From: Klebsormidium nitens
Lineage: Eukaryota; Plantae; Klebsormidiophyceae
DNA: 49,272 bases
Assembly: GCA_000708835.1 (NCBI GenBank)
Contig: DF237578.1
Location: 1 to 49,272, forward strand
Reading direction: 5' to 3'
Positions 22,801-34,629 of the stretch are shown piece after piece. Within the stretch, counting starts at the first letter, position 1, and each line of letters starts with the position of its first letter. The translations under genes were made by a program, and so were the position numbers. The notes under the pieces were generated by a model, which saw only the letters and a list, made by a program, of their open reading frames with translations, was not told where the DNA came from and did no database searches.

Positions 22801-25346
22801 CGAATGGAGGCTTGATGCAGAAACACCGGAGCAGAGAGAGGCGATCCTCGCGGTGTTTCGAAGCGTTGTCAGATAGCATAGTTTGGGATGACACATGAAC
22901 TTCGCTCAGCCTCTCGCATTCCACTATGAGAAGCGAACCGTCTCAGCACTTGCTTTACAAACGAGCGGGCTGGGGGTTAAGATTTTTGCTTGGATATCTA
23001 AGCGTGAAGGCCGCGTGCCTTGATGCTGCGTGAAGCAACCGTTGGCCTTTGATTCGCAGTTCCTCAAATGGGAACGGCCCCAAAATCAAAAAATCAAAAA
23101 ATCAAAAAATCAAAAAATCGTGCTTCAGAGCCGTCAGGAAACTGAGCGGGACATTTACACCGACTACACAAACAGTCGTCTCAACCAGACTGAAAGACAA
23201 ACCCAAAAGTATGCCTCAAAATGGCTACAGAGGTGCAACCTGCTCTGAAGCATGTAATCAAAGGTGTGAGTGCCTTCCTGACCTGCTTCGGAGCACCTTC
23301 GTTCTCAGCCTGTGCTGTCACCTTCGCATACTCGAGGGCCACCTATGAGATCCAGAGGGAGTTCAAACTTTAGGGAAAAGTCTGGCAGCAAGAACTGAGT
23401 AGGTCAACAGAGGCAAAGAATTCAGAGCATCGAGGTTGGTCAGGGTTCCCATTTGTGCACTAATTAATGCTCAAATTTCTGCAGTATGAGACAAAATCCG
23501 TACTTCGAAGAAGCTAGACTGGCCTGACCCCTCCCTGCAATCACGGCCCAAGACTTCAGATGCCTTCTGTATTTATACAGACTTCGATATTAAGTCCTCA
23601 AGAACCATAGGCTTTTTGAACGCCTACCTATAACAAAACTTCTCTTTTTCAGACCCTTCCAGAATGAATGCGTAGAATAGGGAGTAAGCCAGTGCAAAGA
23701 CTGCATGTACAACCTCATCAGACGGAGTATGGCAACAGTGACTTTAGAAGAGACAAAACAATACACACATATCAGAAGGGAAGCGACCCGTATGGAATGA
23801 CTGCAGGTGTGATTCAAATAACAACAGCTCTTCTCGTCATTTCAAATATATATTGGTTGGCATACACAATTGATGCGACCATTGATGACTTTCGAGGGAA
23901 GCTTACTGAAACGATGGAAACGGTCGTTTACTTGGAGACTGAGAGGCAACTGACCTTACCCCCTAGTGAGTGTCCAATGACTGTCTGTGGCCAAGGCAGG
24001 GTTCCGGCCTCAAAGAGGCGAACGAGGTCTTGGCCAGCAGATTGGATGTCGTGAGGTGGTGTTAAGTCTGGGGCGAACGAAGCGTTGAAAAGTTAGAGAG
24101 GCAAGTAAAAGCTGCGCTAGGTGGCTTTCAATTCAGCAGTCAATCAAGAGCTTGCGTTGAAAGCTGACAAGCGCAGCAGAGGAGACTGGTGAGTGCCTCA
24201 ATTGATTAAAAGCCCTTTTAGGGACCAGGTCTGTGAGCAGGCTCTTTCGCACCCGGCGAAGAGCTTGACAATATGGTTTGTAAGTGGCGCCAAGCAGCCG
24301 TGAGCGCGAAAGAATTGAGTATCTGAGCATTCTGTTCAGTCTGCTTGGCGGTATAACCTTCCGTGCCTTCAGCGGATCAGTTGCGAATGGGCACATTGTC
24401 TTCACAGACAAGAGGAAAGCACCTCATCTTCAAGCCTGTTGAGTCAAGCAATACAGCTAGGGATGCTTCTCAGACCAGCATGAGTACGTGGGATGTGGAC
24501 GCCGCATTTAGATCGATGATGTTCTGAATTTACGGGATACATTCAACGTGATTCTTGTGGGATCAGACCTACCGCTTAGCTCATTCGACTTGCCATGGTT
24601 CCTCAGGTCGACGAGCACCATCTGCCAGGACCTTGCATCTAAAAAGGAAGGATGTCATGATGATGAGATCTCATCCGGATAGCTCTTGTAACAACGTAAA
24701 CCTGGTCTCAAAATGATTGTTGCGCTTCTGACTGGCAGCAAGTTGACGGCATTGCGGATACAAGCTGCAACATCACAAGCTGCACATAGGCTGTGATTCA
24801 ATGGCACACGGCTCTTGCAGAAGGTTTCAACAGTCAAGGCGTGCTGTAGCAACCCCTTTCCTGGAAACTATACCGAGAAGTCATCAACAGATCGCCAGTG
24901 AAAGAGATTCGTGCAACTAGCGTCGCAGCCAGGATCTGCATTTCAATACTATCGCGTATTGACATTTGCATAGTCCTCGGTCTTACCACTCATCCATCAC
25001 TACACTGTAGACTCTAGAATTCATGTGCTCGCATACCTGTCCCATGGGCCAGAGCATCAGCCCTCTCAGCCAACTTCCTGGCAGGCGTTCTCCAGTTCCG
25101 CCCCGAACCGAACAATCCATGGATGATCAATGCTGTGAGAGGTGCCCCTTGATCTCCCTTCGCATTTGAGCTGCTTTCCACCACCTCATATGCAAGATTT
25201 GAGAATGACGCTGCTTGCTGAGCCACTGCTTCTCGAAAGAGTGATGTGATCCCAGAACCTTGACGAGTGAGGGGTGAAGTGTTGAGAAGTGCAGCAAGGG
25301 TCGCTGCTCGTGTCCCGTCCACAAAGGGGAATGTCAGTCGCATCAT
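19890..25346 (-). CDS. Alpha/beta hydrolase, ABHD11-like; 8 exons, ~362 aa, possible organellar targeting peptide
   Basis: Exons 25346-25037, 24638-24573, 24067-23955, 23342-23283, 22658-22546, 22005-21856, 20693-20653, 20125-19890 (1089 nt in frame). Motifs: IIHGLFGSGRNW, VDLRNHGKS, nucleophile elbow GHSLGGKV, VWVLDSVPG, and NAGHWVHMDNP (catalytic His). Confidence 0.93.
23081..23119 (+). repeat. Octamer microsatellite (CAAAAAAT)n, about 5 units, intronic
   Basis: caaaatcaaaaaatcaaaaaatcaaaaaatcaaaaaatc is directly visible. Confidence 0.85.
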
Positions 25347-26206
25347 GGTGTGGGTGCTCTGTCAACCTGAATGCAGGCCCGTTCTACCTGCATGCAGCAT
25401 TGCCCAGGGTCCTTTCTTGAGGAACTGGATAGCTTATCGCGCGACAGGCAAGTTCCCTTATTATGCCCTCAGGTTCAACCGCAGCGTATCCGTGTTGCTT
25501 TTGTGCTATAGGTAGTTTATCACCATGAAAGGTGCGCGCCTATTTGAAACGTGCGCTTCCAAGTAGCAGAGCACAGACAATGCGGCCAAAGAAACCATTG
25601 GCTGGGCCAAGCTGGGCACAGCATGAACTCTGCGTACCTACTACTTAGTAGTCGGGTCTGCCGTCCTCGTCCTACTTGAAAACAAGGCCTCTGATATTTC
25701 TGCCCGGCAGCGCGGTCCCGGTCGGACTAAAGTCCTATAATGAAACTTCAGTAGGACTCGGGACAGATGCACCGAGCACGTCCGGAAGGCCTTGCGCTGG
25801 TCCGCAGGGCGATACTCGACTCGCCCAGGGGTGTGCGGGCATCCCCTAGGTTTTGTATTTTAGTTGGATAGTTGCACCTTGCATCTGCCTCATGCATTTG
25901 TTGAGCAACAAGCGCAGACTGTAGTGGGCACGGTTGAGCTCTGATATATAGTGTGTTCTTGAAGACAGTGCTTCAAGCCTCAGTGGCCATGTTCTGCACA
26001 CAAAAGCGCCCACGTCCATTGTGCCTTCTTACATAAAAGACTGGCTAAGTTAACATTCAACTCCACATATGACCGCATGCGAATGCTGCTATCTCCTGCG
26101 CAAGCCGCTGGCAAATACAGGATATATAAGAGGTCTGATATTTGGCAGCTTAAAATCTTCCATTTATCTCGGAAACACAGCTCGAAACGTACACAGCCCA
26201 ATCCAA

Positions 26207-28474
26207 CTACAACTTTGATGATGGCGATGACGCAACAAACTTGGTGTGACGACCCTCTGCTAGCAGCAACCCATCTTTTTTCCGGCGGACTGTGGCGGAC
26301 GCAACGGCCAAGCTTCGCCCAACTTTCAAAACGCGGGCCTCAATCTCGACGTCCTCCTGCACAAAGAGTGAAGTAGTTCGTTAGGCAAATGCCCAGGCAG
26401 AAGGACTATCTTCTAAATTGAAATGATCAAAAGAGTTCTGGCAATTCTGGAAAGGTTCCAAGATGACTCCCCTGCTCCTCGGAGACAAGCTTCGAGCCTT
26501 TTCAAACACACAGAAGACTACTGCAGTGGAAGGAAAAGATCGTTACGGTCGAGACCTGCGTGAATCGAAAACCCATACCAAGTAATCTCAGGTGTTCGAT
26601 AAGATTGATGCCAAAAAGATGACACCACCATCCCTGTCTCTCCCAAGAACAGCTTCTTTCGAACCAGGAAATCGAGCCGGTTTCAATTTGGTGCCCTCAG
26701 GACGAGCCGTAAATGTAAGGCAAATTTGCTAGAATCAATATCAACGACAAAGCGTGGTCGCCCCAGCTTTCATTCTGCATCAATGGATGCCAGCGACGGA
26801 TTATTGGGCCAGAGAGACAAGGAAACAAACTCATTGCAGTAAGAGACCCGATGTTGACCAGAATCGAGATAATCGCCCCAATAATTCTCTCTGCCCCTCC
26901 ATGTGTTTACGAACGTCTTGGACCTTTCCGACCCCTCTTCGAAATGTCTTGAAGCAGCCAACGTACATCTTTACCTCTTCACTTAGCAGCCTCCGTCGAT
27001 CCGTAATGAGAAACGAGATCAGTCGGCCTCTCAGAAGTGGGTCTGTACGTGGTGAAGGCTAGCCACATATGCGGCAGACCCGATCTAAATCCACTTTATG
27101 CGAGACAAGCATGACTCAAGCCAGCTAATCGGATCCGCATGAAGATCATCATCGATTTCTTCCGCCTTCAGATCACTCACTTGTTCAGCTTGTAAACGCC
27201 ACGTCAATTGCCACCGACTAACTTCACTTGACCCGAATACTTCAGCCCCTATGCTTAATGCTCTTCCCTGCTCACCACTGGAGAAACGCAAGTGAATGAG
27301 CAGAGCAGTATGCTAACCTGGGCCCTTGCTGACGCCATGTATGCAATGCTGAGGTCGACAGAGACGCCTCCAGGTGGGCCCCCGACTGTCCACAGCGCAG
27401 CCGTTGTAAAGACGTCGACCATTGTAGCGATGCAGCCGCCATGCAGCGTGCCATACCGGTTCTGGATTGAGCCCAGGGAATTAGGTGTGAGAAGCCGTCA
27501 TTTCTTTAGGGGGACTTTCGGGCTTAAAAGTCAAGAGTTTCAACCGTTGCAGTTGACTAGACAGCAATTCTTTGTCTGGGTGGCTTAGGAGAGTAAGGCA
27601 CTGCAGGAGTGAGTAGCTGGATCTCTACTGTCTTCCTTTGTGCTTGTTTCGCTGCAGAAAAGGTAGTCGTATCTGGGTTCAACTCAGAACCAGGATCGAC
27701 CTAGGTCCTACCTATTTGCGCAGTACTTGTCTCCCAAGTGAGGCAGAGATGAAACAAGCGAGCAGGCCCCTTCAATTGGCCCTTGGTTTTCGTGATGGAC
27801 GGTGTGTGCTCTTGACGAGCTTCTTCACTCAACAAGATGAGAAGTAGTTGAACCTATGGAGCTGCCAAGGAAATATTCTGGGGGGCTTCTAAAATAGAAG
27901 GGTCAGGCGACCCTTCTATTTTAGAAGCCCCCCAGAAGGACCAATGGACTCTTCTGCCCATGCTTGCAGGATAAGAGTCTTTTGACAGTCATTCAACCTT
28001 GAAGAAGAAAAGTGAAGGAAAGCTGTTAGCTGCTCAATGCCATTCTAGTGCCATAGTCAAACTTCTCAACAGAGGTGGAAATGTGTTCTTCAGCCACCTT
28101 ACCTAAACTACCACTCCGCGTCCTCCAAACAAAAAGTCATGCTTGTCACCTCTGCTCCCCAGACACCACCAAGTAAGAATGTAGCGCACCGCAAACTGAT
28201 ACAACCAAAGCTCAAAGATTTCACACGACAATTTCTACCAGCTCACCAGCATCAGCTTTGTGACTGGCACAGTGCACACGACCCTGCCCTTCTCAGCTTG
28301 AATGTCCTTGACCCCCCCGAAGATCATGCTGTCAAAGCCCCTCGGCCACCCCGCGCTTTCGTCTTCAGCAACTTCCTCTGGAGAGCGGTCGGTTGCCGCG
28401 ACCATTGCTCGCAGCCAGCGGGGGACGCAATCCACCCAGTCCTCATCATCTTTCTTAGAGAAGGCTGGAGTCAT
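26207..28474 (-). CDS. Hotdog-fold acyl-CoA thioesterase (PaaI/ACOT13-like) with C-terminal PTS1 (-SKL); 3 exons, ~173 aa
   Basis: Exons 28474-28247, 27461-27318, 26356-26207 (522 nt). Motifs: NRYGTLHGGCIATMVD, GVSVDLSIAYM, EIEARVLKVGRSLA and AEGRHTKF. The protein ends SSPSSKL*. Confidence 0.93.
27876..27937. repeat. Perfect 29-bp inverted repeat with a 4-nt loop in thioesterase intron 1
   Basis: ttctggggggcttctaaaatagaagggtc-aggc-gacccttctattttagaagccccccagaa. Confidence 0.95.
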
Positions 28475-29436
28475 GATGGAGGATTGCCAATACGCGGATG
28501 CTGGTAGCTGTTTGACTCTTACTTGCTAGTTGTTGATTGCTGGCGTTCAGATGCTGATTAGTGTTTGATTGCTCATTCCCAGTTCCTTGAATGATTGCTT
28601 ACTGCCACGTCTTGAGACGACTTTCCAGCTTGCTGATTTCTAATGTTGGGACAGCGCAGGCAGCCTATGGCCTGAGCAGCACGCAACTGGAGCAAAAGCA
28701 CACTCTTATCAAATGGATGAAAGACACAAATCAGGTTGTTGCAAAGAGGAACGGCAGAACAAACATTCTGTCCGCTTGGCCGTAAAGCGAAACGCCGTCC
28801 TGACCTGCCACAATGAATCCTAGGCTTATTGCGTAAGGCGCCAATTGCTAGGAGCTGAAGCAGTGAAACTTCAGACCGCCTGGCGCTATTATATGACCGT
28901 TCTAAAAGTCTGAGTGACTGCCCCCATCAGCTCGGCCCAGCTAGCCATTCTGCAGGGCCATGAAGAAGTGGTGCGCACTGCGGACAATTCAGCCCTGCCC
29001 TAGCCCTGCTGAATTCAATATAATAGCTGCCCGGTAAAAGACCGCCGGCTTTCGGGACCGGCAACCGAAACTTCTCCTTAATGGTTTTAAATCCAAGAAA
29101 ACGGCAAACCGTTCCAGCACCCACGACGATTCGGGCAAGGCCCCGGGTGGTTGGCGTCTCCAGATTTCTCTCATATTAAAGCTTTTGCACCATCTTTTCT
29201 TCCTGGTCCATTCTTCAGCGTTCAGTTAAACTTTCAGCCTCAGCCTCACTGCCCTCAGCCTCAGGTCTTCTTCAGCCTTCAGGTGCATTTCGTGGCGACG
29301 GAGGAGGGGCTGGACATGAGCTTGTTTTCTCCAACTTTTGCATAGTTAAAGTCTTGTTAGTAATGGCGTCTGCGACCACTTCACTGTAGGCGGAATCCGC
29401 AGTGCTACTGCTAGCCATTGCCCGCCGTTTCGATCA

Positions 29437-32163
29437 ATGGCCCCGTTGATGCGCCGCTCGAGGCGCAGCGCCTGGCCCCTCTCCACTCTAGTTCTCTCCG
29501 CCTGCATCGCTCTCTTCCTTCTCTGCCAAGTCCTCCTTGCATACCAATTCTTATGGCGGTCCGCAAACTCTGTCACTAATCCCGATTCAAATCAAAAGCT
29601 CTCCCTGGGGTTCATCAGCCTGGGAGACAGCGTCCCTGCACTTAGCATCATCATAAGCGTCATTGGCGCCAGCGAACGAGAGTACTCCAAGGGTTTCGAC
29701 GCATTAAGAGCCGTTTTCAACAAGGCAAAAGGTTTTCTAGAGGGGGTGGAAGTCGTGATTGTTCACGCCGGAGTGGTAACCGCCCCAAGGCTGACCAACT
29801 TTGGGGATGGGAAACCCAATTGGAGCGTGCAATACGTGCTGCTGCCACGGGAGCCCTCTCACCCAGCTGCCTGGAACCTGGCCATACGGCACTACGCCCG
29901 GGGGGCTTTCTTAACCAAGCTGGACTTTGCTGGGTTTGTGAGGGGGGAGGTCACGCAGATTACGCTGCAAATGCTGGAGAAGAAGGTGCAGCTCTTGCAG
30001 TCGCTGCCGCTTGCGCAGGTGGCTTTTGCAAAGTTTGGGAAGGGAGGAGGAAGTGCGATCAAGTCGTCGGACTTCTTCTCGTTTGATGAGACGAAGAAGC
30101 CAATCGCTGGGTTAAGTCTTGAGCTAGATCGGAGCCCTGTTTGGCGGCAGAGTCTGCACGAGGCGGTTGGTTACTTTGACACAGGGTTAGCGTCCGCCGC
30201 AGAGTGGGCGTTCTGGCTCAAAGCACTCCAGCATGGACTGCAGGCGGTCCGCTTGACTGACGACCCGCTAGGGCTGATGACTGCAGCAGAGCCCAGTGAA
30301 AGTGAGGAGCTAGCAGTGGTTTCAAAGTATTTGTTCGGCGGGCTGGTTAACCTGACTGCGGGCGTGACCCAAAAAGCGGAGGCCTCAACCCAAAAAGCAG
30401 ACGGGTTGAGGATTCTGGTGATCCACGAGCACGTCCCATTTCGCAACGAAGGGGGGGAGAAGCGGCTAATGCAAGTGGTGCACTCGCTAATAGGAAGTGG
30501 CCACAAGGTATGGTACCTCTACAGGGGGTGGGGCGCCAAGCCAGCGCACAGGGCAAAGCTAGAATCTCTAGGCGTTCAGCTGATACCGGACTCGCATCTC
30601 ACGGATCCACGCTCTGAGATTCGGACCCTTCAGAAGCCAGCTGTGTACTTCGAAACCCACGACTTCGACGCCGCGGTCATGACGGCGTGGTTTTACAAGC
30701 AGAACGAGACCGCAGGTTCACTGGCCCTGTCCATCCCGGAGGTGTACTCCCCGCTTATGAGGACATATAACCCACGGAGCTGCGTTGCGGTCCTTACTGA
30801 CGACGTCCATTGGAGCCGGAATCTTGATTCCGTTTGGTGCCATAAAGACGAGGGGCCCGAGTGTTTTAGGAAGCTCAAGGACCGTGAGCAAGCAGTCTAT
30901 CTAGACGCGGACGTTTTGTTCACCGTCTCGGAGTCCGACAGCCGATTTCTCGAGGCGTGGCTCCCCCCCCTCGACCCCCGCCCCCAGTTCCTCCCCTTCG
31001 TCGGGACACTTAACCGCGATAACCGTGCTTCTAACCCACTCTCGCAAAGGGAGATCATCACTTTCGTGGGCTCTAACCACCCCATCAACGAGGCGGGTTT
31101 GAGGTGGTTCTTTGACGAGGTCTTTCCAGTTCTGCAAAATCTGCTAAGGCCTCTGCCGGATGTATACTTGATCGGAGAGGGGTGGAAGGATAGCCCGCTG
31201 TCGAACCCTCTGGGGGTGTGGGCGCCGGGGCTGCTCAAGAGCGACTCTGAACTGGACAAGTACCTGCAGAGGACGCGCGTCTTCATTTCGCCGATGGTGA
31301 AGGGAACTGGTAAGTTCCACTTCAAGCCAAGCTGTTGCTTTGAACATTTCATATCGATCCATAAAGACAAACTGGAAGTCTGTCAAAAATACTGTTCGAT
31401 GATTTTCCGTTACACAAAGATGTGTCAGGCCTACTCGAGATGTCTGAGTAGTCGTCCATCTTTCAATGCTTCTCCCCTTGCTTTTTCGTTTACTGGCTCC
31501 GCCATGCTTTGTCTGGCCTGCACTCCCTCTTCTCGACTTCAAGGCATTGGACGTTTCTCTCTTATGAGATACAGGTTCAGCTCTGGCAAATCATCGCCAT
31601 CGCATCTGCAGGGTTTGACTCATGCTGACATCGACTTTACCGTGCCATTGTCACCTACTTGCCTTCGTCACCAGCGTTTGGTTTAGCATCAAAAGTTCCC
31701 ACTCGATTTGAATCCCCCGCAGTCTCCTACCCATGATCAAACTCCCTTATTGTGCGCCCTTTAAGCTTATAAGAAGAGGGAAGGTTTGACTTCGTCGTTA
31801 TCACGGGCTGCTTGAAATGTTTCTTTCAATCGTTACATTCCCGGCCACAATGTAAGCCCCAGCATCTCCCCTGCAGGCGTCGCAACCAAGAACGTCCTGG
31901 CCATGGAGAACGGGATCCCCCTGGTCACGACCACGTGGGGCAAGAGGGGGCTCCTGGTGCGGGAGAACGAGCCCCCCTTTCTGATTGCGGACCACCCGGC
32001 CGACTTCGCCGGGCACATCATCCGGCTGTTTTCAGACGATCACTTATGGCACGAGATGTCAGACGCCGGCTTATGGCATGTGCGCCACGTGCTGAACCCG
32101 GGCCTACAGGGTGCGGTGTTGGAGGGGCAGCTGCGCGAGTGCGTCGCCCGGAAGCGGGGGTGA
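29437..32163 (+). CDS. Type II membrane-anchored bifunctional-like glycosyltransferase (GT2/GT-A-like plus GT4/GT-B-like); 2 exons, ~719 aa
   Basis: Exons 29437-31309 and 31877-32163 (2160 nt; the junction gives KGTG|VATKNVLAMENGIPLVTT, a typical GT-B C-terminal motif). The N-terminal TM is TLVLSACIALFLLCQVLLAYQFLW. GT-A-like AWNLAIRHYARGAFLTKLD and SPVWRQSLHEAVGYFD. GT-B-like LRILVIHEHVPFRNEGGEKRL and FVGSNHPINEAGLRWFFDEVFP. Confidence 0.85.
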
Positions 32164-34629
32164 CGTCAGCGGTGGGAAGGTTGACGTTCGCGGAACGGGG
32201 TCGTCGTCCCCTGGAAGGAAGGAAAGCCGGCGGGGAATGGGTAATGTCAGTAGAAAGAAGGTTGGCGCGAGCTGAGGAAGACGTGCCCCAACGAGGGGCG
32301 GAGAGAAGCTTCGGTTGAGAAAGGTGCCAGCGTTCCAGCTCTGGTTGCGCGTCAGCCGACGGCTTGGGCGAACGCGCTCTGGTGGCAGGACTCGAGACAG
32401 CTCGCCAAGGTAAGATCTTCTGGACATGTGGCAACATTTGAGATCGATGTGACATGTCCTCGAACGTGTTTTGACCCTTTCGGCTGGGCAACCGGGATCT
32501 CGATCGCAGGGCTCGCTGGGAAGATGCACGACCGAGAGGTGAGGCAAGGGGTCAAGGGTCGGAAATGCGGCGGCTGCCAGGGTCCTTTGACAAAGAGAGT
32601 CGAAGGGGAAAGAGAGCTAAGGAAGTGAGTAGATGTATGCAGACCCCAAACCATAGCTGCTATGTGGAGCGTGAAGAATGGGACCGACGTTTCCCGTCGA
32701 TTTCGAAGTTCACGACTTACTCTTCCATCTCTAAGAAATGGTGTTTCACGATCTACTTTTTTCCTGCATTCAAGTGCCACGGGCAGTATATCTGTTGCGC
32801 AATTGATCTTGGGGCAAAGGACGGCCCAAATCGAGCCCCGCGAAAGAGATCGTGGGCAAGAAAGGGACTTTTATTGTAAGCATTGCCTCGGCGCGGGTTG
32901 ATTTTGAGGCCCGGCATTAAATATGCTCACTTATACTCGCGGGGCCCCACCGACCAAACCTGTCCTGAATTTGTCCGAGAGCGACATCTTCTTCCATCCT
33001 CAAATTCGTTCTGTGTAGCTTGCACTCGGCCTCCAGACATTTTGGGACTAGTTTGCCGACACATCCGCCCGAAACACATCCTTTGCGCTCACAGAACATT
33101 TCGTTGCTGCTCTGCCTGGTAGGGACTGTACTCTGCCTGGTGGGGGACTCCTCGGTTGCATCCGTGCAAGGGAGCGAATGAAGTCAACATTCGGGCGCGA
33201 AAACTGCCTGAACTGCTTGTTTCTGTCTCGTCCACAGCCTTCAGAATCAGATGGTATCTCTCAACGCGCGGTTGTCGTCCGGGCGACTTCGAGCATTTCT
33301 TCTTCTTTCGAAATTTCGTCCTTGGCAGCACGCAGGGTGCGGGCGATCCTAAGCACTGCAATTTACTCTGCTGTAGACTTGTCGTCACGGACAGCGCCAC
33401 AACAGCATGCGGAGAAGGGCAAGAACCCAGTCACCCGCCGGTGCCAAGCTCCGAGTTAACGAGCGCGTCACTCGAATGATCTTCGAGGGTTTTCTTACGA
33501 TGTGATGCATTTCAAAAGACATACTTACCTTCGGAACGAAACATTGAAGTTGCACGATGTGGCGCCACTTGTGGTCAGGGTGAGTTAGAGTTTGAAATCA
33601 ACCCACACTTAACTCACAAAGTAAAGCGACGTGTGACTCGCTCAATCAAAGAACGACGCTTGACGAGTTACTGACGAATCCCGAGCAGCTCAGAGATCAA
33701 GCAGGAACGAATTTGACTCGGAGTCGGTATGCGCTTTACAGTCCATCAGTTGTCGACGAATCATATGTGAAAGTGGCAACAATAAGAGCAGACTTCACGG
33801 CCAATCGTAAGGTGTGTTGGTGATTGTCCGGTCGCTTGATTCCACATTGTATTCTCATTTGTTTGGCACGTTCTATGACGAGTATAGCTGAAGCTTATTC
33901 TACGCATGAGTGTCTGCACAGAATTGCATACATGATGTACGTTTCCGTCGAAAATTCACTTAGTATGCACATGAGATTGAAACCAGTTGAGATATGCATA
34001 TGCATGATGTATAGATGCCCGAACGTGTATGTCAATCAACACCATTACCCAGATAAGGCATAATCCGAAACAGCTCTGGTCGTGGATAAACTTGCTTGCC
34101 GCGTCTAAGTTGTAAATAAATGATTATATCATGCATCTTTTTAACTCAAAAGGTATGATAGTATTGTCGGCATGTATTGAATCATCAGTACCATGCATCT
34201 TTTTCATGCATATGATATAAGTTATAACTACAGCTACGTTGGGGGCATGCGCCATGCACATGCATATGCATGCAAAAGTCCTTAATATACGGTCACTACC
34301 TTGCTGTTTCAAATAGGGTCACTGTGATTGATTGACTAAGCTAGCTTCTTATTAGCTGCTGCCGTCGATGTTAATGTACCGGTAGAGTCAAACGCCTCCC
34401 ACACAATCTCAAGCACCTACCTCATACATCCGTGGCCCCGCCAAGCTTGCTAGGCTACCGTGTAAAATTGTACGTGTGCATGTGCTATGCCCGTGACCGA
34501 TATAGGTAGACGGGCCGGAAGTATCGATCCGTCAGACTAGTTAATCCGCTGAAGTTGGGCGGAACGGAACAAGGGAGATTTAGAAGCGCTGCGCGATATC
34601 AGGGCCGATGAGCAGCTCACTAGCGTCCG

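Noticed and set aside
25827-25850. Hairpin followed by CTAG as a Helitron 3' end
   Set aside because: CTAG is followed by G rather than T, and no matching 5' TC end was identified.
31310-31686. C-terminal part of ORF 29437-31686
   Set aside because: It is read-through into the intron after the GT donor at 31310. The real C-terminus is exon 31877-32163.
33089-33530. Minus-strand 103-aa ORF with transit-peptide-like composition and a strong donor-like site (gaag|gtaagt) near 33528
   Set aside because: The ORF starts at GTG with an upstream in-frame stop, has no motif, and I could not build a consistent exon chain. It may belong to a non-coding transcript.
33521-33532. ATACTTACCT as the 5' end of U1 snRNA
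   Set aside because: The downstream sequence does not resemble U1. It is simply the reverse complement of a 5' splice-site consensus.
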